Shown here: positions 28,593 to 38,410 of the stretch, in pieces | Layout: each line of letters begins with the position of its first letter | How positions within the stretch are numbered: position 1 is the first letter of the stretch | Made by a program: the position numbers and the translations under genes | Notes under the pieces: generated by a model | What the model was told of the DNA's origin: nothing | Databases searched by the model: none | The model's input: only the letters and a program-made list of their open reading frames with translations | DNA from: an uncultured Pseudomonadota bacterium | Lineage (GTDB): Bacteria; Oederibacteriota; Muellerivitia; Muellerivitales; Muellerivitaceae | Reading direction: 5' to 3' | Assembly (NCBI GenBank): GCA_963836235.1 | Contig: CAWIIP010000004.1 | Span: forward strand, 832,001-896,000 | Length of the DNA stretch: 64,000 nucleotides

Positions 28593-28678
28593 CTATTGAG
28601 CCAACAGTAGGCACCTCGGTTTTTGCGACGGGTTTTTGTTCCAAAGTTAAAATTCCGATTATTCCGTTAGGAGAAAAA

Positions 28679-29737
28679 ATGCAGGTTACCATTTATGAAG
28701 TCGCCGAAAAGGCGGAAGTTTCCATCTCCACTGTTTCCCGTGTCATTAACAACAAGCCCAATATCCCCGAATACACCAAGCGCAGGGTCTTAAACGCCAT
28801 TGAAACCCTCAACTTCAAGCCCAATCTTATCGCGCGGGGCATGGCCTCCAAGAAGGTCAACCTGGTCGAGGTTTTTTTTTCCTGGCACAAGCAGAGCCCC
28901 TGGTTCACGGACCTCCTCCATGGAATCAATAAGGAGTTGCGGGAACAGGAATACGGCCTTCTCGTCAACACACTCGATGGGGCGGCTATTTTCAACCCCA
29001 AAGAAGTCCATCGAAGGCTCTTCCACAATGCCGTGGACGGAGTCCTGATGATCGCTCCTTATTTGGAGGAGAAGGATCTTCTTCTTTTGGCGGAAAGCGG
29101 CGTGCCGATAACCCTCATCGGGTACCGGTCGCAAAATAAAGCCATCAGTTTCGTTGACAGCGACAATATCAACGCGGCTTCAGCGGTGGTAAGCCATTTA
29201 TTCAAGTTAGGACACACTCATATTTCCTGCATTACCGGTCCTACGGAAACTTCGCCCAACGCCGCCGACCGTCTCGAGGGATATCGGCAGGCCATGGTCC
29301 GGCATCAATTGAAAATTCCGGGCAGTTACGTAATAGGGGGGGATTTTGTCCGGCAGACGGGTAAGGAAGCGATGCAGAAGCTTTTGGCCCTGCCCATGAG
29401 ACCGACAGCTGTTTTTGCCTGCAACGATGAAATGGCCTTAGGGGCTTGGCACGCCCTCCAAGAAGCGGGGTTGACCGTTGGAAAAGATATGGCCCTGGTG
29501 GGTTTTGACGACATGTTCGAGGCCAGTAAGGCGCCTTATTCCCTAACCACGGTGCGACAGGATTGGATGAACATGGGAGTGAAAGGGGTCCGGATTTTGA
29601 TGGATAAGATTCGGCAAAAGGGGCATGGGGAATCGCAACAGGTTCTCGTCCCCGGGAAGTTGGTTGTGCGCGGTTCCTGCGGATTTCCGGTCCAAAGCCC
29701 CAAAAGGAAAGTCGCCCAGCCGCTCCTGAAACCTTGA
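28679..29737 (+). CDS. LacI family transcriptional regulator
   Basis: TIYEVAEKAEVSISTVSRVIN HTH; PTAVFACNDEMALG, VGFDD, LTTVRQ. Confidence 0.95.
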   Translation: MQVTIYEVAEKAEVSISTVSRVINNKPNIPEYTKRRVLNAIETLNFKPNLIARGMASKKVNLVEVFFSWHKQSPWFTDLLHGINKELREQEYGLLVNTLDGAAIFNPKEVHRRLFHNAVDGVLMIAPYLEEKDLLLLAESGVPITLIGYRSQNKAISFVDSDNINAASAVVSHLFKLGHTHISCITGPTETSPNAADRLEGYRQAMVRHQLKIPGSYVIGGDFVRQTGKEAMQKLLALPMRPTAVFACNDEMALGAWHALQEAGLTVGKDMALVGFDDMFEASKAPYSLTTVRQDWMNMGVKGVRILMDKIRQKGHGESQQVLVPGKLVVRGSCGFPVQSPKRKVAQPLLKP

Positions 29738-29879
29738 TCGAGGGGATATTCCGCATTTTTTGTAAGTTTACCCATAAGGTGTTTTTCGTTGGTGCTTTTC
29801 TCGCCCAGCGCCTCCTTTTCTTAAATTGCGTTTAAAACTTTAATCATCTTTATGATTCGGCGGCCCAGCCATGATAAAG

Positions 29880-30001
29880 ATGACGATGACGGCGAGTGCG
29901 TGTGACGTGGCGGGAGAACTGATATCGTGGTCCTGAACTTGAACGATCTCTACGCCACCTTCGTGCAGAAACAGACTTCCAAAATTGTACTTCAGCGGTA
30001 A
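29880..30001 (+). pseudogene. Relic of a C-terminal Ig-like sorting domain
   Basis: MTMTASACDVAGELI, then in another frame IVVLNLNDLYATFVQKQTSKIVLQR*; parallels [13 protein letters not shown]...IAVVESLN...[11 protein letters not shown] of the 9932 protein. Confidence 0.4.
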
Positions 30002-30241
30002 TGGAAACTTTCTAAAAACCCCCTCTCAAAAATTTTGAGCATTTGACGTCAGAGCTTTCTAGAAGTTAGATTTCTATTTTTTGCCATTTTCATAAAAGCG
30101 TTTTCGCAGAGATAGCAAAACAAGGTTTTTGTGTGGAGGCGTGACTTTTAACTTTTCGTGGCGGCTTACCAAAGGCTACCCTCTGTGAAATAGACTTTTT
30201 TTCTTCGTCATGAGGGAAGAATTTGGATAAGGAATGGGATT

Positions 30242-30685
30242 GTGAAGCAAAAGTGGTCAAAAGAAAAAATTGTTGAAACTATCCGAGAATTGCGAAAACA
30301 GAATATCGACATCTCCGCGGGTAACATTTCAAAAAATTATATTCCCCTTTTCATGGCTGTTTGTTCCAAACGCTACTTTTCCAGTTGGGGGAGCGCGGTA
30401 ACCGCTGCCGGCATTGATTATGAGCAAATAATGGAGGCGGGGCAAAAGCGCCGCCTTCAAAAATTAAGGAAATGGTCAAAAGAAAGGATACTGGAGGAAA
30501 TCCGCGGAACAGGTTTCCGGGAATTGGTGAAAACTTATCGGGACCGGTTGCCACTCTATTCAGCCGCACGAAAGGAATTTGGAAACTGGCATCTGGCCCT
30601 GGCGGCTGCGGGTTACCAACTCGCGAAGGGGACTTATAAAAACTCAAAGCGGATTAATTCGGCTAAGAAAAAGGAAATCCATTGA
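30242..30685 (+). CDS. Basic protein with two homing-endonuclease-associated-type repeats (putative DNA binding)
   Basis: KWSKEKI...YFSSWGSAVTAAG and KWSKERI...FGNWHLALAAAG. Confidence 0.65.
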   Translation: MKQKWSKEKIVETIRELRKQNIDISAGNISKNYIPLFMAVCSKRYFSSWGSAVTAAGIDYEQIMEAGQKRRLQKLRKWSKERILEEIRGTGFRELVKTYRDRLPLYSAARKEFGNWHLALAAAGYQLAKGTYKNSKRINSAKKKEIH

Positions 30686-31156
30686 TTGGCAGAAAAAAAG
30701 AAAACATCCAACTTGTTCTTCCGAAAAAATTGGACTACTTTTTTTCAAAGGGATGATTCGCGACCGTGAAAGGAATCCCTGAAAAGGGGATTCACATCCT
30801 GTTAAAACCCAAAGTTTTATGGGCGGCATCGGCCACCCGTCCGCGGCTTGGGTGATGAGGTCCCCCTGGGTCGAAGCCCCCAGTTGAGACCCACGGTTTG
30901 GTTGTGCCAATTCCAAAGGGGAATTGGCCCCATGGGATGATGACTGTGGTGAACTTGCCGAATCCGCTTCCGGCGCGGAGGGGTGTATCATTTGGGTTCC
31001 GTCGGGCGTCATCTCGTTAAATCCGGCGACCTTATCCGTCCCGCCCGGCTTATGGAAAAAAATGATCCTGGCCGCCACGGGTTTTTTGGATATAAGCATT
31101 TCAGGTAGTTTTTGGATGAAACTCCACCTATCTTTTGCGTCCGCGGAAAAGATCAA
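30644..31156 (-). CDS. Doubtful hypothetical protein or degraded gene
   Basis: 170-codon ORF fills the gap but has a weak TTG start, no motif, and overlaps the 30242 gene end. Confidence 0.25.
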   Translation of the reverse strand: MIFSADAKDRWSFIQKLPEMLISKKPVAARIIFFHKPGGTDKVAGFNEMTPDGTQMIHPSAPEADSASSPQSSSHGANSPLELAQPNRGSQLGASTQGDLITQAADGWPMPPIKLWVLTGCESPFQGFLSRSRIIPLKKSSPIFSEEQVGCFLFFCQSMDFLFLSRINPL

Positions 31157-31234
31157 ATATAGAAAAGATATCTTACGTTATCATAAAACCCATCTTCCCC
31201 CAGACAATTCAAAGCTTTTCGATATAATGTGCCC

Positions 31235-32289
31235 ATGAAAAATTCAGCCAAGCGCTCCAAAAAAAAATTAGGCCCCATCCGCATCGGGGTGATCGGCCTG
31301 GGCCAGATCGCCCTGAAGGCCCATCTTCCTGGTTACGCCAAAACAGAAGGTTGCCTGCTGACCGCAATTTATTCGCAAAGGGAAGCCCACGCCAAGCAGG
31401 TGGCGATGCAATATGGAATCCCTCATATCTATAAGGATTGGCGGCGTCTTTTGGAGTCAGACCACGTTGATGCTGTCTCCATTTGCACCCCGAATTTCAC
31501 CCATGCCCCCATCTCTTTAAAGGCCTTTCGGGAGGGCAAGCACGTGATGTTGGAAAAGCCAATGGCCCTTACCCGGGCCGAGGCGCTGGACATCATTCGG
31601 GCGGCGAAAAAAGCGGCCGGGTTTTGATGATTCACCACAATATGCGGTTCGATCCGGCGGTTCGGACGGCCGAGAAGTTGTTTCGGAAAAACATTATCGG
31701 CGACATTATCGCTTTTCGGGGGGCCTTGACCCACCGGGGGCCGCAAGCCTGGAGCCCTAAAGCCACTTGGTTTTTCAACAATTCAAAATCAGGCGGAGGG
31801 GCCCTGATGGACCTGGGACCCCATGTCTTTGACAGCCTCAGTTTTCTGCTGGGGGAATCCTTGGTTATGGCAGGGGCGGTGGGGGTATCGGGGAAGGGAA
31901 TCAGCGTCGGGAAGGGGATACCCCAAACCCAGGACGAGATCCATTGCGCCTGCACGCTTCGGGTTAAAACCGGGGCGATCGGGACGGCGACCGTGGGCTG
32001 GGCGGACACCGACTACCACAACCGTTATTATTTTTACGGAACCAAAGGCACGCTTTCCATCAACCTGGCCAAGGGGGACCCGATTACGATTGAGTACCGG
32101 AACCAGGAAGGAAAGGTTTTTCCGTCTTTGGATAAGGGAAGCTTCTCTCCCAGTATTTATGAGCATTTCATTGATTGCATCCAGAAGGGTAAAACACCTT
32201 GGGTTTCGGGGGAAGAAGGATTAAGAACCGTCGAGTTGATTGAAGCCGGCTATCGATTGATCCGCCATCCCGCCGTACCTGTCATTTGA
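31235..32289 (+). pseudogene. Gfo/Idh/MocA oxidoreductase split by a -1 frameshift
   Basis: N-half IGVIGLGQIA...ICTPNFTH...EKPMA stops at 31627; C-half HNMRFDP...GGGALMDLGPH continues in the -1 frame; junction at A6 run 31607-31612. Confidence 0.8.
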
Positions 32290-33662
32290 TGCGGGAGAGG
32301 CAAAGATTTCTCCCTCCAATTTCATTGAAAATACTGATTTGCATGGTTTGCAGCTTCCTTTGGACAGGCCCCGGCCTGTTATGGGGACAGGCTACAAACC
32401 TTTCTCCCGATGTTCTGGCGAACCAAAAAGACCAAGCGGATATCCTGCGGGAAGCCGACGACATATTCGCCGAGGTTTCCCGATTGTCCGGATTACCCAT
32501 TAAGTACCCCGTCCAGAAAAAGTTTGGGGACCAAGCCTTTTTCCGCAATTACTACCTTCAATCGCTCCAGGAACAATACCCGCCCGAGAAGCAAAAGGCT
32601 TTTGAGAAAGCCTTCACTTTTTTTGGGTTTTTACCGCCTGGCGCCGACCTGATCCAGACCTACCTGGATTCCTTCATGAAGGTCGTGGAGGGCCTTTACG
32701 ATCCTAAGACACAAACGCTCTATATCGCCGATTGGATCAAGTCCGGGGACCAGGAAGGGACCCTGGCCCATGAGCTGACCCATGCCCTCCAAGACCAGTC
32801 TTTTGGCCTGGAACCCTATTTGGAAGAGGGCGAGAAACTTTCGATGGACGCCCAATTCGCCAGGTCCGCGGTGATGGAGGGGCAAGCCGTGGCCATCGCC
32901 TTGAACTATTCTTTGGAAGACCGAAACACGGATTTCACGAAGGTCGCGAATATCGCGAATTGGGTTGAGCTCAATAATTTGCTGTCGGCCAGCGGGAAAA
33001 AAGCTTTTGGAGTGAAAGTCGGGTTGAACCAGGTCATCAGCTTTCCCTATGTTTACGGCGCGACCTTTTTGCAAAGCTACATCAAGGCCTATGGATGGCC
33101 TGGAATGGCTTATTTGTTCCAGCATCCGCCCACCTCGACCCACCAGATACTTCATCCGGGGGAGTTTTTTCCACGCCGTCGAAACCCGGTGGGCGTCCGG
33201 ATTGAGGACATGTCCTCCAATGTACTGGCGGAGTTTCATATGGTTTGGGAAAACACTTTTGGAGAGTATGGTTTGGCGACCCTGCTTCAGGAATATATGC
33301 CTGAAAAAGAAGCGCTATACGCAGTTCGCGGCTGGCGGGGGGATTCGGTGCAAATCTATGAAAACAATAATACCCACGGCCTGCTGATGGCGGGTTATGT
33401 GATATTCGACGGCGAGGAATCGGCCGATGATTTTTTTAAGAGCTACCAGAGCTTGTTGAACCAAAAATATGATGTCGATGTTTTTCGACGGTCCGACGAC
33501 ACGATTTATTGGGTTTCGTTGAAAGGCGGCGATAGGGAAGTCTACGTGGAACGGTTTGGACGGCGGGTGGTGATGGTCGAGGGCGGGAACTCCTGGCTGA
33601 CTCCCCGCGTGCGGGGCGCGCTTTGGGATGTTAAAGCGATCAAGGCGGGGAAGGGGCGTTGA
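32289..33662 (+). CDS. Secreted putative zinc metallopeptidase-like protein
   Basis: Signal peptide; GLYDP, LAHELTHALQDQ (HExxH), AVMEGQA, FPYVYG, PPTSTHQILHP. Confidence 0.7.
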   Translation: MRERQRFLPPISLKILICMVCSFLWTGPGLLWGQATNLSPDVLANQKDQADILREADDIFAEVSRLSGLPIKYPVQKKFGDQAFFRNYYLQSLQEQYPPEKQKAFEKAFTFFGFLPPGADLIQTYLDSFMKVVEGLYDPKTQTLYIADWIKSGDQEGTLAHELTHALQDQSFGLEPYLEEGEKLSMDAQFARSAVMEGQAVAIALNYSLEDRNTDFTKVANIANWVELNNLLSASGKKAFGVKVGLNQVISFPYVYGATFLQSYIKAYGWPGMAYLFQHPPTSTHQILHPGEFFPRRRNPVGVRIEDMSSNVLAEFHMVWENTFGEYGLATLLQEYMPEKEALYAVRGWRGDSVQIYENNNTHGLLMAGYVIFDGEESADDFFKSYQSLLNQKYDVDVFRRSDDTIYWVSLKGGDREVYVERFGRRVVMVEGGNSWLTPRVRGALWDVKAIKAGKGR

Positions 33663-33745
33663 AAAGGGGTTTGGCGCGGGAATTGGACGCGGCGGTAACC
33701 GAATTTTGTGTCAGCCTTTCATTCAAATCGCCCCAAGGTCGTCCC

Positions 33746-33774
33746 TTGACACTCGTTGGGGGGGTACCTAAACT
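33746..33774 (+). promoter_or_regulatory. Putative sigma70 promoter of trxA cluster
   Basis: TTGACA-N17-TAAACT. Confidence 0.55.
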
Positions 33775-33859
33775 TACCGAAGAGTTAAAGATTCCTGTGA
33801 ATGTAACCTTTTTCTTCTGAAACGATTACTTCTATACATAACATAATACGGAGGGTGCC

Positions 33860-34189
33860 ATGGGTACAGCGCTTCATACGACGGACGCGGACTTTAAAAA
33901 GGATGTTTTGGACTCCAAAGTCCCGGTTTTGGTGGATTTTTGGGCCGAGTGGTGCGGCCCCTGCCGGATGGTGGCCCCGGTTTTGGAAGAGTTGGCCAAG
34001 GAATACGATGGGAAGATCAAAATTACTAAAGTGAACGTGGACGAAAACCAACAGGTTTCCATGGATTTCCACATCCGCAGTATTCCCACCCTTCTTTTCT
34101 TCAAGGATGGGCAAATGGTGAAACAGCTGATCGGCGCCCATCCCAAAACCAAGCTGGTGACTGAAATTCAGGAAGTGATCGGAAGCTGA
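33860..34189 (+). CDS. trxA: Thioredoxin
   Basis: [17 protein letters not shown]; GGAGGG RBS. Confidence 0.95.
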   Translation: MGTALHTTDADFKKDVLDSKVPVLVDFWAEWCGPCRMVAPVLEELAKEYDGKIKITKVNVDENQQVSMDFHIRSIPTLLFFKDGQMVKQLIGAHPKTKLVTEIQEVIGS

Positions 34190-34190
34190 G

Positions 34191-34628
34191 TTGAATTCAC
34201 GAAGGGTTCCCGCCTTTTATTTTACCGTTTGTTTCCTTCTTTTTTTATTTGCCACTGGCGGATGGGGGACCAAGCTTCAAGCCGATGAGACGACGAAATC
34301 CGGGGCCGCCGTTGTCACGGATTCGAATTTTGACCGGAACGTATTAAAGGCCCCCACACCCGTGTTGGTGGATTTTTGGGCCAGCTGGTGCTCTACTTGT
34401 TGCGCCCTTTCCCCGACGATTGAAAAAATCGCGACTGGCTATGGGGATAAATTAAAGTTCGCCAAGTTTGACGTGGCCGATAATCCGGTGTTCCCCCATA
34501 AGTTTGGAATCGATATGTTGCCCACGCTCCTGGTTTTTAACCACGGGAAAGTGGTCAAACGCTGGGTGGGGACGATATCCGAGGCCGGGTTAAAAAGCGG
34601 AATCGAGCGGGTATTAAAGTCGAATTGA
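34191..34628 (+). CDS. Exported thioredoxin-like protein, atypical active site
   Basis: Hydrophobic N-terminus; VLVDFWASWCSTCC. Confidence 0.85.
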   Translation: MNSRRVPAFYFTVCFLLFLFATGGWGTKLQADETTKSGAAVVTDSNFDRNVLKAPTPVLVDFWASWCSTCCALSPTIEKIATGYGDKLKFAKFDVADNPVFPHKFGIDMLPTLLVFNHGKVVKRWVGTISEAGLKSGIERVLKSN

Positions 34629-34635
34629 GGGCCCT

Positions 34636-35076
34636 TTGAAAAAGTTTTCCCGTGTTCTTTTATTTCCGGCGGCTTTGTCGTTATTTCTGGTTTCCGGCGC
34701 TTGCGCGAATAAGAGCCCCGAAACGGACGTGTTGGTTGTGACGGATTCCTCCTTTCAAAAAGAAGTTCTTGGTTCGGACGTTCCTGTTTTGGTCGACTTT
34801 TGGGCCACTTGGTGCGGACCTTGCCGTATGTTCGGCCCCATCGTTGATCAAGTAGCGGCGGATTACAAAGGCCGGTTGAAGGTCGTTCGGGTTGATGTGG
34901 ACCAAAACCCAGGGCTTTCCCGGGCGTTTAAAATTAACGCCATCCCCAATGCGATTCTTTTCCAAAAAGGCAACGCTGTCATGAACTGGGTCGGTTTAGT
35001 TTCCGAAGACGATTTGAGAGTCGGAATCGAAAAAGTAGTTCTGCCAGTCGGAAATTCCCCGGCTTTAAAGTCTTAG
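34636..35076 (+). CDS. Thioredoxin-like lipoprotein
   Basis: Lipobox-like VSGAC; VLVDFWATWCGPC. Confidence 0.88.
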   Translation: MKKFSRVLLFPAALSLFLVSGACANKSPETDVLVVTDSSFQKEVLGSDVPVLVDFWATWCGPCRMFGPIVDQVAADYKGRLKVVRVDVDQNPGLSRAFKINAIPNAILFQKGNAVMNWVGLVSEDDLRVGIEKVVLPVGNSPALKS

Positions 35077-35172
35077 TGGACCTGAACTAGAAAATTTTTC
35101 CCCGGTAAAGCGCTAAATCCTAAAACCAACAGGCTTTCCCATCTCCAGGCGGGGTTTTGGCCTAGTAATGCA

Positions 35173-35202
35173 TTGACAGTTTTTCGAACTTTTCCTTATA
35201 CT
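35173..35202 (+). promoter_or_regulatory. Putative sigma70 promoter of secDF
   Basis: TTGACA-N18-TATACT. Confidence 0.5.
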
Positions 35203-35284
35203 GCCACGGTTTTGACCCCTCTTTAGTTGGGAAACCAGCATGCCGTTGGTGTGGGTCCCATAACTGTTCATGGAAAGGCTTTAA

Positions 35285-36646
35285 GTGAGCTTTCGAACTT
35301 GGATGAGCATTGTTGTCATTGTCATGGCTGGCGCCTGCGTTTATGGAGTTTTCCTTAACATTTCCAAGGACGACCAAGACGCCTGGTTGAAGAACCATAA
35401 AGAGAAAAAAATTACCGCCCTCAAACTGGGCTTGGATATCCAGGGCGGCCTCCAGATGAACCTGGAAGTCGACCGGGATAAGATGCAGGGAAAGAGCGAA
35501 CAGGAAATCTCCGACGCGGCGGATAGGGCCATGGAAATCCTCCGTAATCGCATCGATGGTTTGGGCGTGACCGAGCCCGTGTTGGAAAGGGAAGGGACGG
35601 GCGGGATTGTTATCCAATTGCCGGGCCTTACCGACACCAAAAGGGCGCGAGACGTTATCTTATCCACCGCCCAGCTTCAATTTCGCTTGGTTTCTGAGAT
35701 CCCCATTTCTCAATATATTAATCAAAAAGACGGCACTGTTGACGTGAGCAAACTTCCAGAAGGCATCACCTATCTACCTGGCAAGGATGAGGAAAAGTAT
35801 CTCTGTGAAAAGGTCTTACTGACGGGTGAATCCTTAGTGGATGCCCACGTGGAAACGGACATGACCACGGGCAGCCCCCACATCGCCTTCAAACTCAACG
35901 ACGAAGGCGGAAAGCAGTTTGGAATTATCACCGGAGACAATGTTCAACGCCGGTTGGCGATTGTCCTGGACGACCGGGTTTATTCAGCGCCGACGATCCA
36001 AAGCCGTATACCAGGCGGGTCGGGTATTATCACAGGGCATTTTTCCGATGAAGAAGCCGCGGATTTGGCCCTGGTTTTGAAAGCGGGCGCGTTACCTGCC
36101 CCCTTAAAAGTGACCAGTCAGTTCATTGTGGGCCCGACTTTGGGCGCCGATTCCGTAAAAAAAGGAACGATGGCCGCCCTTTACGGCCTCTTGCTCGTCC
36201 TCTTATTTATGGGCATTTATTACCGTTGGTCGGGATGGATCGCCAACGCGGGTTTGATCATGAACATGATTTACCTGATGGGCCTACTGGCTTACCTTAA
36301 AGTGACGATCACCCTCCCAGGTATCGCGGGTATTATCCTCACCTTGGGATTATCGGTGGACTCAAACGTCCTAATTTTCGAGCGAATCCGTGAGGAATTG
36401 CGGGGCGGAAAAACGATCCAGGCCGCCATCGATGCCGGTTATAAACGAGCCTTGCAGGCCATTATCGACACGCATGTTACCACATTGATTTCGGCCATTT
36501 TCTTGTTCCAATTTGGAACAGGCCCTATCAAGGGTTTCGCCGTCAACCTGAGTTTGGGTGTGGCTTTGAGCCTCTTTACCGCCGTGGTCATCACCAAGAT
36601 GATATTTGACGTTCGAAAAGAAAACCGCCAAAGCCTGAGTATTTAA
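35285..36646 (+). CDS. secD: Protein translocase subunit SecD
   Basis: KLGLDIQGG, RIDGLGVTEP, LAIVLD, GALPAP, VGPTLG, VDSNVLIFERIREE. Confidence 0.95.
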   Translation: MSFRTWMSIVVIVMAGACVYGVFLNISKDDQDAWLKNHKEKKITALKLGLDIQGGLQMNLEVDRDKMQGKSEQEISDAADRAMEILRNRIDGLGVTEPVLEREGTGGIVIQLPGLTDTKRARDVILSTAQLQFRLVSEIPISQYINQKDGTVDVSKLPEGITYLPGKDEEKYLCEKVLLTGESLVDAHVETDMTTGSPHIAFKLNDEGGKQFGIITGDNVQRRLAIVLDDRVYSAPTIQSRIPGGSGIITGHFSDEEAADLALVLKAGALPAPLKVTSQFIVGPTLGADSVKKGTMAALYGLLLVLLFMGIYYRWSGWIANAGLIMNMIYLMGLLAYLKVTITLPGIAGIILTLGLSVDSNVLIFERIREELRGGKTIQAAIDAGYKRALQAIIDTHVTTLISAIFLFQFGTGPIKGFAVNLSLGVALSLFTAVVITKMIFDVRKENRQSLSI

Positions 36647-36659
36647 AGAAAGGTTTCCC

Positions 36660-37613
36660 ATGTTCCAATGGTTCAATGAGCCGAAAATCGACTTTATGGC
36701 TCCGCGCCGGTTTTTCCTGGGTCTCTCCACCTTGGGATGCCTTGCGGGTCTTTACGCCTGCGTGTTGTTGTGGCAGGGAAAGGCGAATTTAGGTACAGAT
36801 TTTGGCGCCGGAGTTTTATTGCGCATGTCTTCGCAAAACAATGTCGAAGTCGATCAAATCCGCCAGTCGCTTAAATCCGATGGATATCCCGAGGCCCAAA
36901 TTCAGCAGGTCAAGGACGATAGTTCCAAGGGATTCAAGTTGATCATCAAGATCAAATATGATCCGGGAAAGGTTGTGGGGAGTATTGGGGATGATGTTTT
37001 GGGTGTTTTTAATAAAAATTTCCCTGATGCCAAGTTTTCCCTGGATGGAAGCGACGAAGTGGGCCCGGCGGTATCCCAAAAGCTCCGGGATGACGCTTTT
37101 AAAGCTTTCTTTTTATCGATGATGGGCATCCTGGTCTACATCGTCTGGCGCTTCAAGAAATTTGAGTTCGGCGTGTCGGCGGTGATAACTACTGTTCATG
37201 ATATTTTGGTGATCCTAGGGATCATTGTGTTGACCAAAAGGGAGTTTAATCTTTTGCAGGTGACCGCCCTCCTGACCCTGGCGGGTTATTCCTTGAACGA
37301 CACGGTTGTTACCTTCGACCGTATTAGGGAGAACATGAAGTTTTTGGTCAAGGACCGGTCATTTATGGCCCTGGTGAATTTGAGCGTGAATGAAACCTTA
37401 AGCCGGACGATCAATACCAGCAGCACGGTTTTCCTGACCCTATTGCCCCTCTGCATTATGGGCGGGGATGTTTTGAAGGATTTCGCCCTGACCCTTCTTT
37501 TGGGCATCGTCGTGGGGACCTATTCCTCCATCTTTGTCGCCAGCCCCATTCTGGTGGAGTGGGACCTGCTTTCAAAGCCCAAGGCTCCCCAAGCCCAGGC
37601 TGTTTTGAAGTAA
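36660..37613 (+). CDS. secF: Protein translocase subunit SecF
   Basis: LGTDFG, VGPAVS, HDI, GYSLNDTVVTFDRIREN, TLSRTINT, GTYSSIFVA. Confidence 0.95.
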   Translation: MFQWFNEPKIDFMAPRRFFLGLSTLGCLAGLYACVLLWQGKANLGTDFGAGVLLRMSSQNNVEVDQIRQSLKSDGYPEAQIQQVKDDSSKGFKLIIKIKYDPGKVVGSIGDDVLGVFNKNFPDAKFSLDGSDEVGPAVSQKLRDDAFKAFFLSMMGILVYIVWRFKKFEFGVSAVITTVHDILVILGIIVLTKREFNLLQVTALLTLAGYSLNDTVVTFDRIRENMKFLVKDRSFMALVNLSVNETLSRTINTSSTVFLTLLPLCIMGGDVLKDFALTLLLGIVVGTYSSIFVASPILVEWDLLSKPKAPQAQAVLK

Positions 37614-37669
37614 AGGCTTCTCAATCTTTTCATTGACCACTGGATTTTCAAAAGGACGGGCAGTTGTCG

Positions 37670-38350
37670 ATGAGCCTTCGAGAAAGAATCCAGGAAATCC
37701 AAAAGCGAACCGCGGATGCCGCCGCCCGTTCCCGCCGACGGCCTGAGGAAATCACGCTATTAGCCGTGACCAAGACCTTTCCCGTCAAAACCATCCAGGA
37801 AGCTTATGATTTGGGCCTGCGTGATTTTGGGGAAAACCGGATTCAGGAAGCTCTCCCCAAGATCGCCGAACTTCCCGCCAACATCCGATGGCACCTGATC
37901 GGCCAGCTTCAAACGAATAAAATCAACAAAGCCATCGGGAAATTTGTATTAATTCATTCGATGGATTCCCTTCGGCTTTTCGAGGCTTTTTCGGCCCGAT
38001 TGGGTGGAGCTTCCCAAGATATTCTTCTGGAAGTCAATACTTCCGGAGAAGAAAGCAAAGCGGGAGTTGAACCTGATTCAACATGGGAGACAGTTGAAAA
38101 AATATTGAAGTTGCCCGGATTGAAATTGAAAGGGCTCATGACGGTAGGCCCCTTAACCGATAACCTTCAAAAACGCCGGGATGCCTTTAAAAAACTAAAA
38201 GAACTGTTTGGGTTCATAAAAGGAAAAGGGATTGTGGGGGCCGATTTTTCAATCCTTTCGATGGGTATGAGCGGTGATTTTGAAATTGCCATCGAAGAAG
38301 GGTCAACCCTGGTACGAGTGGGCTCCGCCCTGTTCGGATCAAGGCAATAA
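37670..38350 (+). CDS. yggS: PLP homeostasis protein YggS
   Basis: LAVTKT, FGENRIQE, WHLIGQLQTNK, LSMGMSGDF, VRVGSALFG. Confidence 0.95.
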   Translation: MSLRERIQEIQKRTADAAARSRRRPEEITLLAVTKTFPVKTIQEAYDLGLRDFGENRIQEALPKIAELPANIRWHLIGQLQTNKINKAIGKFVLIHSMDSLRLFEAFSARLGGASQDILLEVNTSGEESKAGVEPDSTWETVEKILKLPGLKLKGLMTVGPLTDNLQKRRDAFKKLKELFGFIKGKGIVGADFSILSMGMSGDFEIAIEEGSTLVRVGSALFGSRQ

Positions 38351-38410
38351 AAGGTTTTGAAAAACCTTTCCGGCAATTAGAATGAATAAAGCTATCGGGA
38401 AAGGATCGTT

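Noticed and set aside
5421-30016. LacI operator candidates (GGAAACGTTT at ~5423, GGAAAGTTTT at ~28537, GGAAACTTTC at ~30004)
   Set aside because: Too degenerate in AT-rich DNA to support without a matrix.
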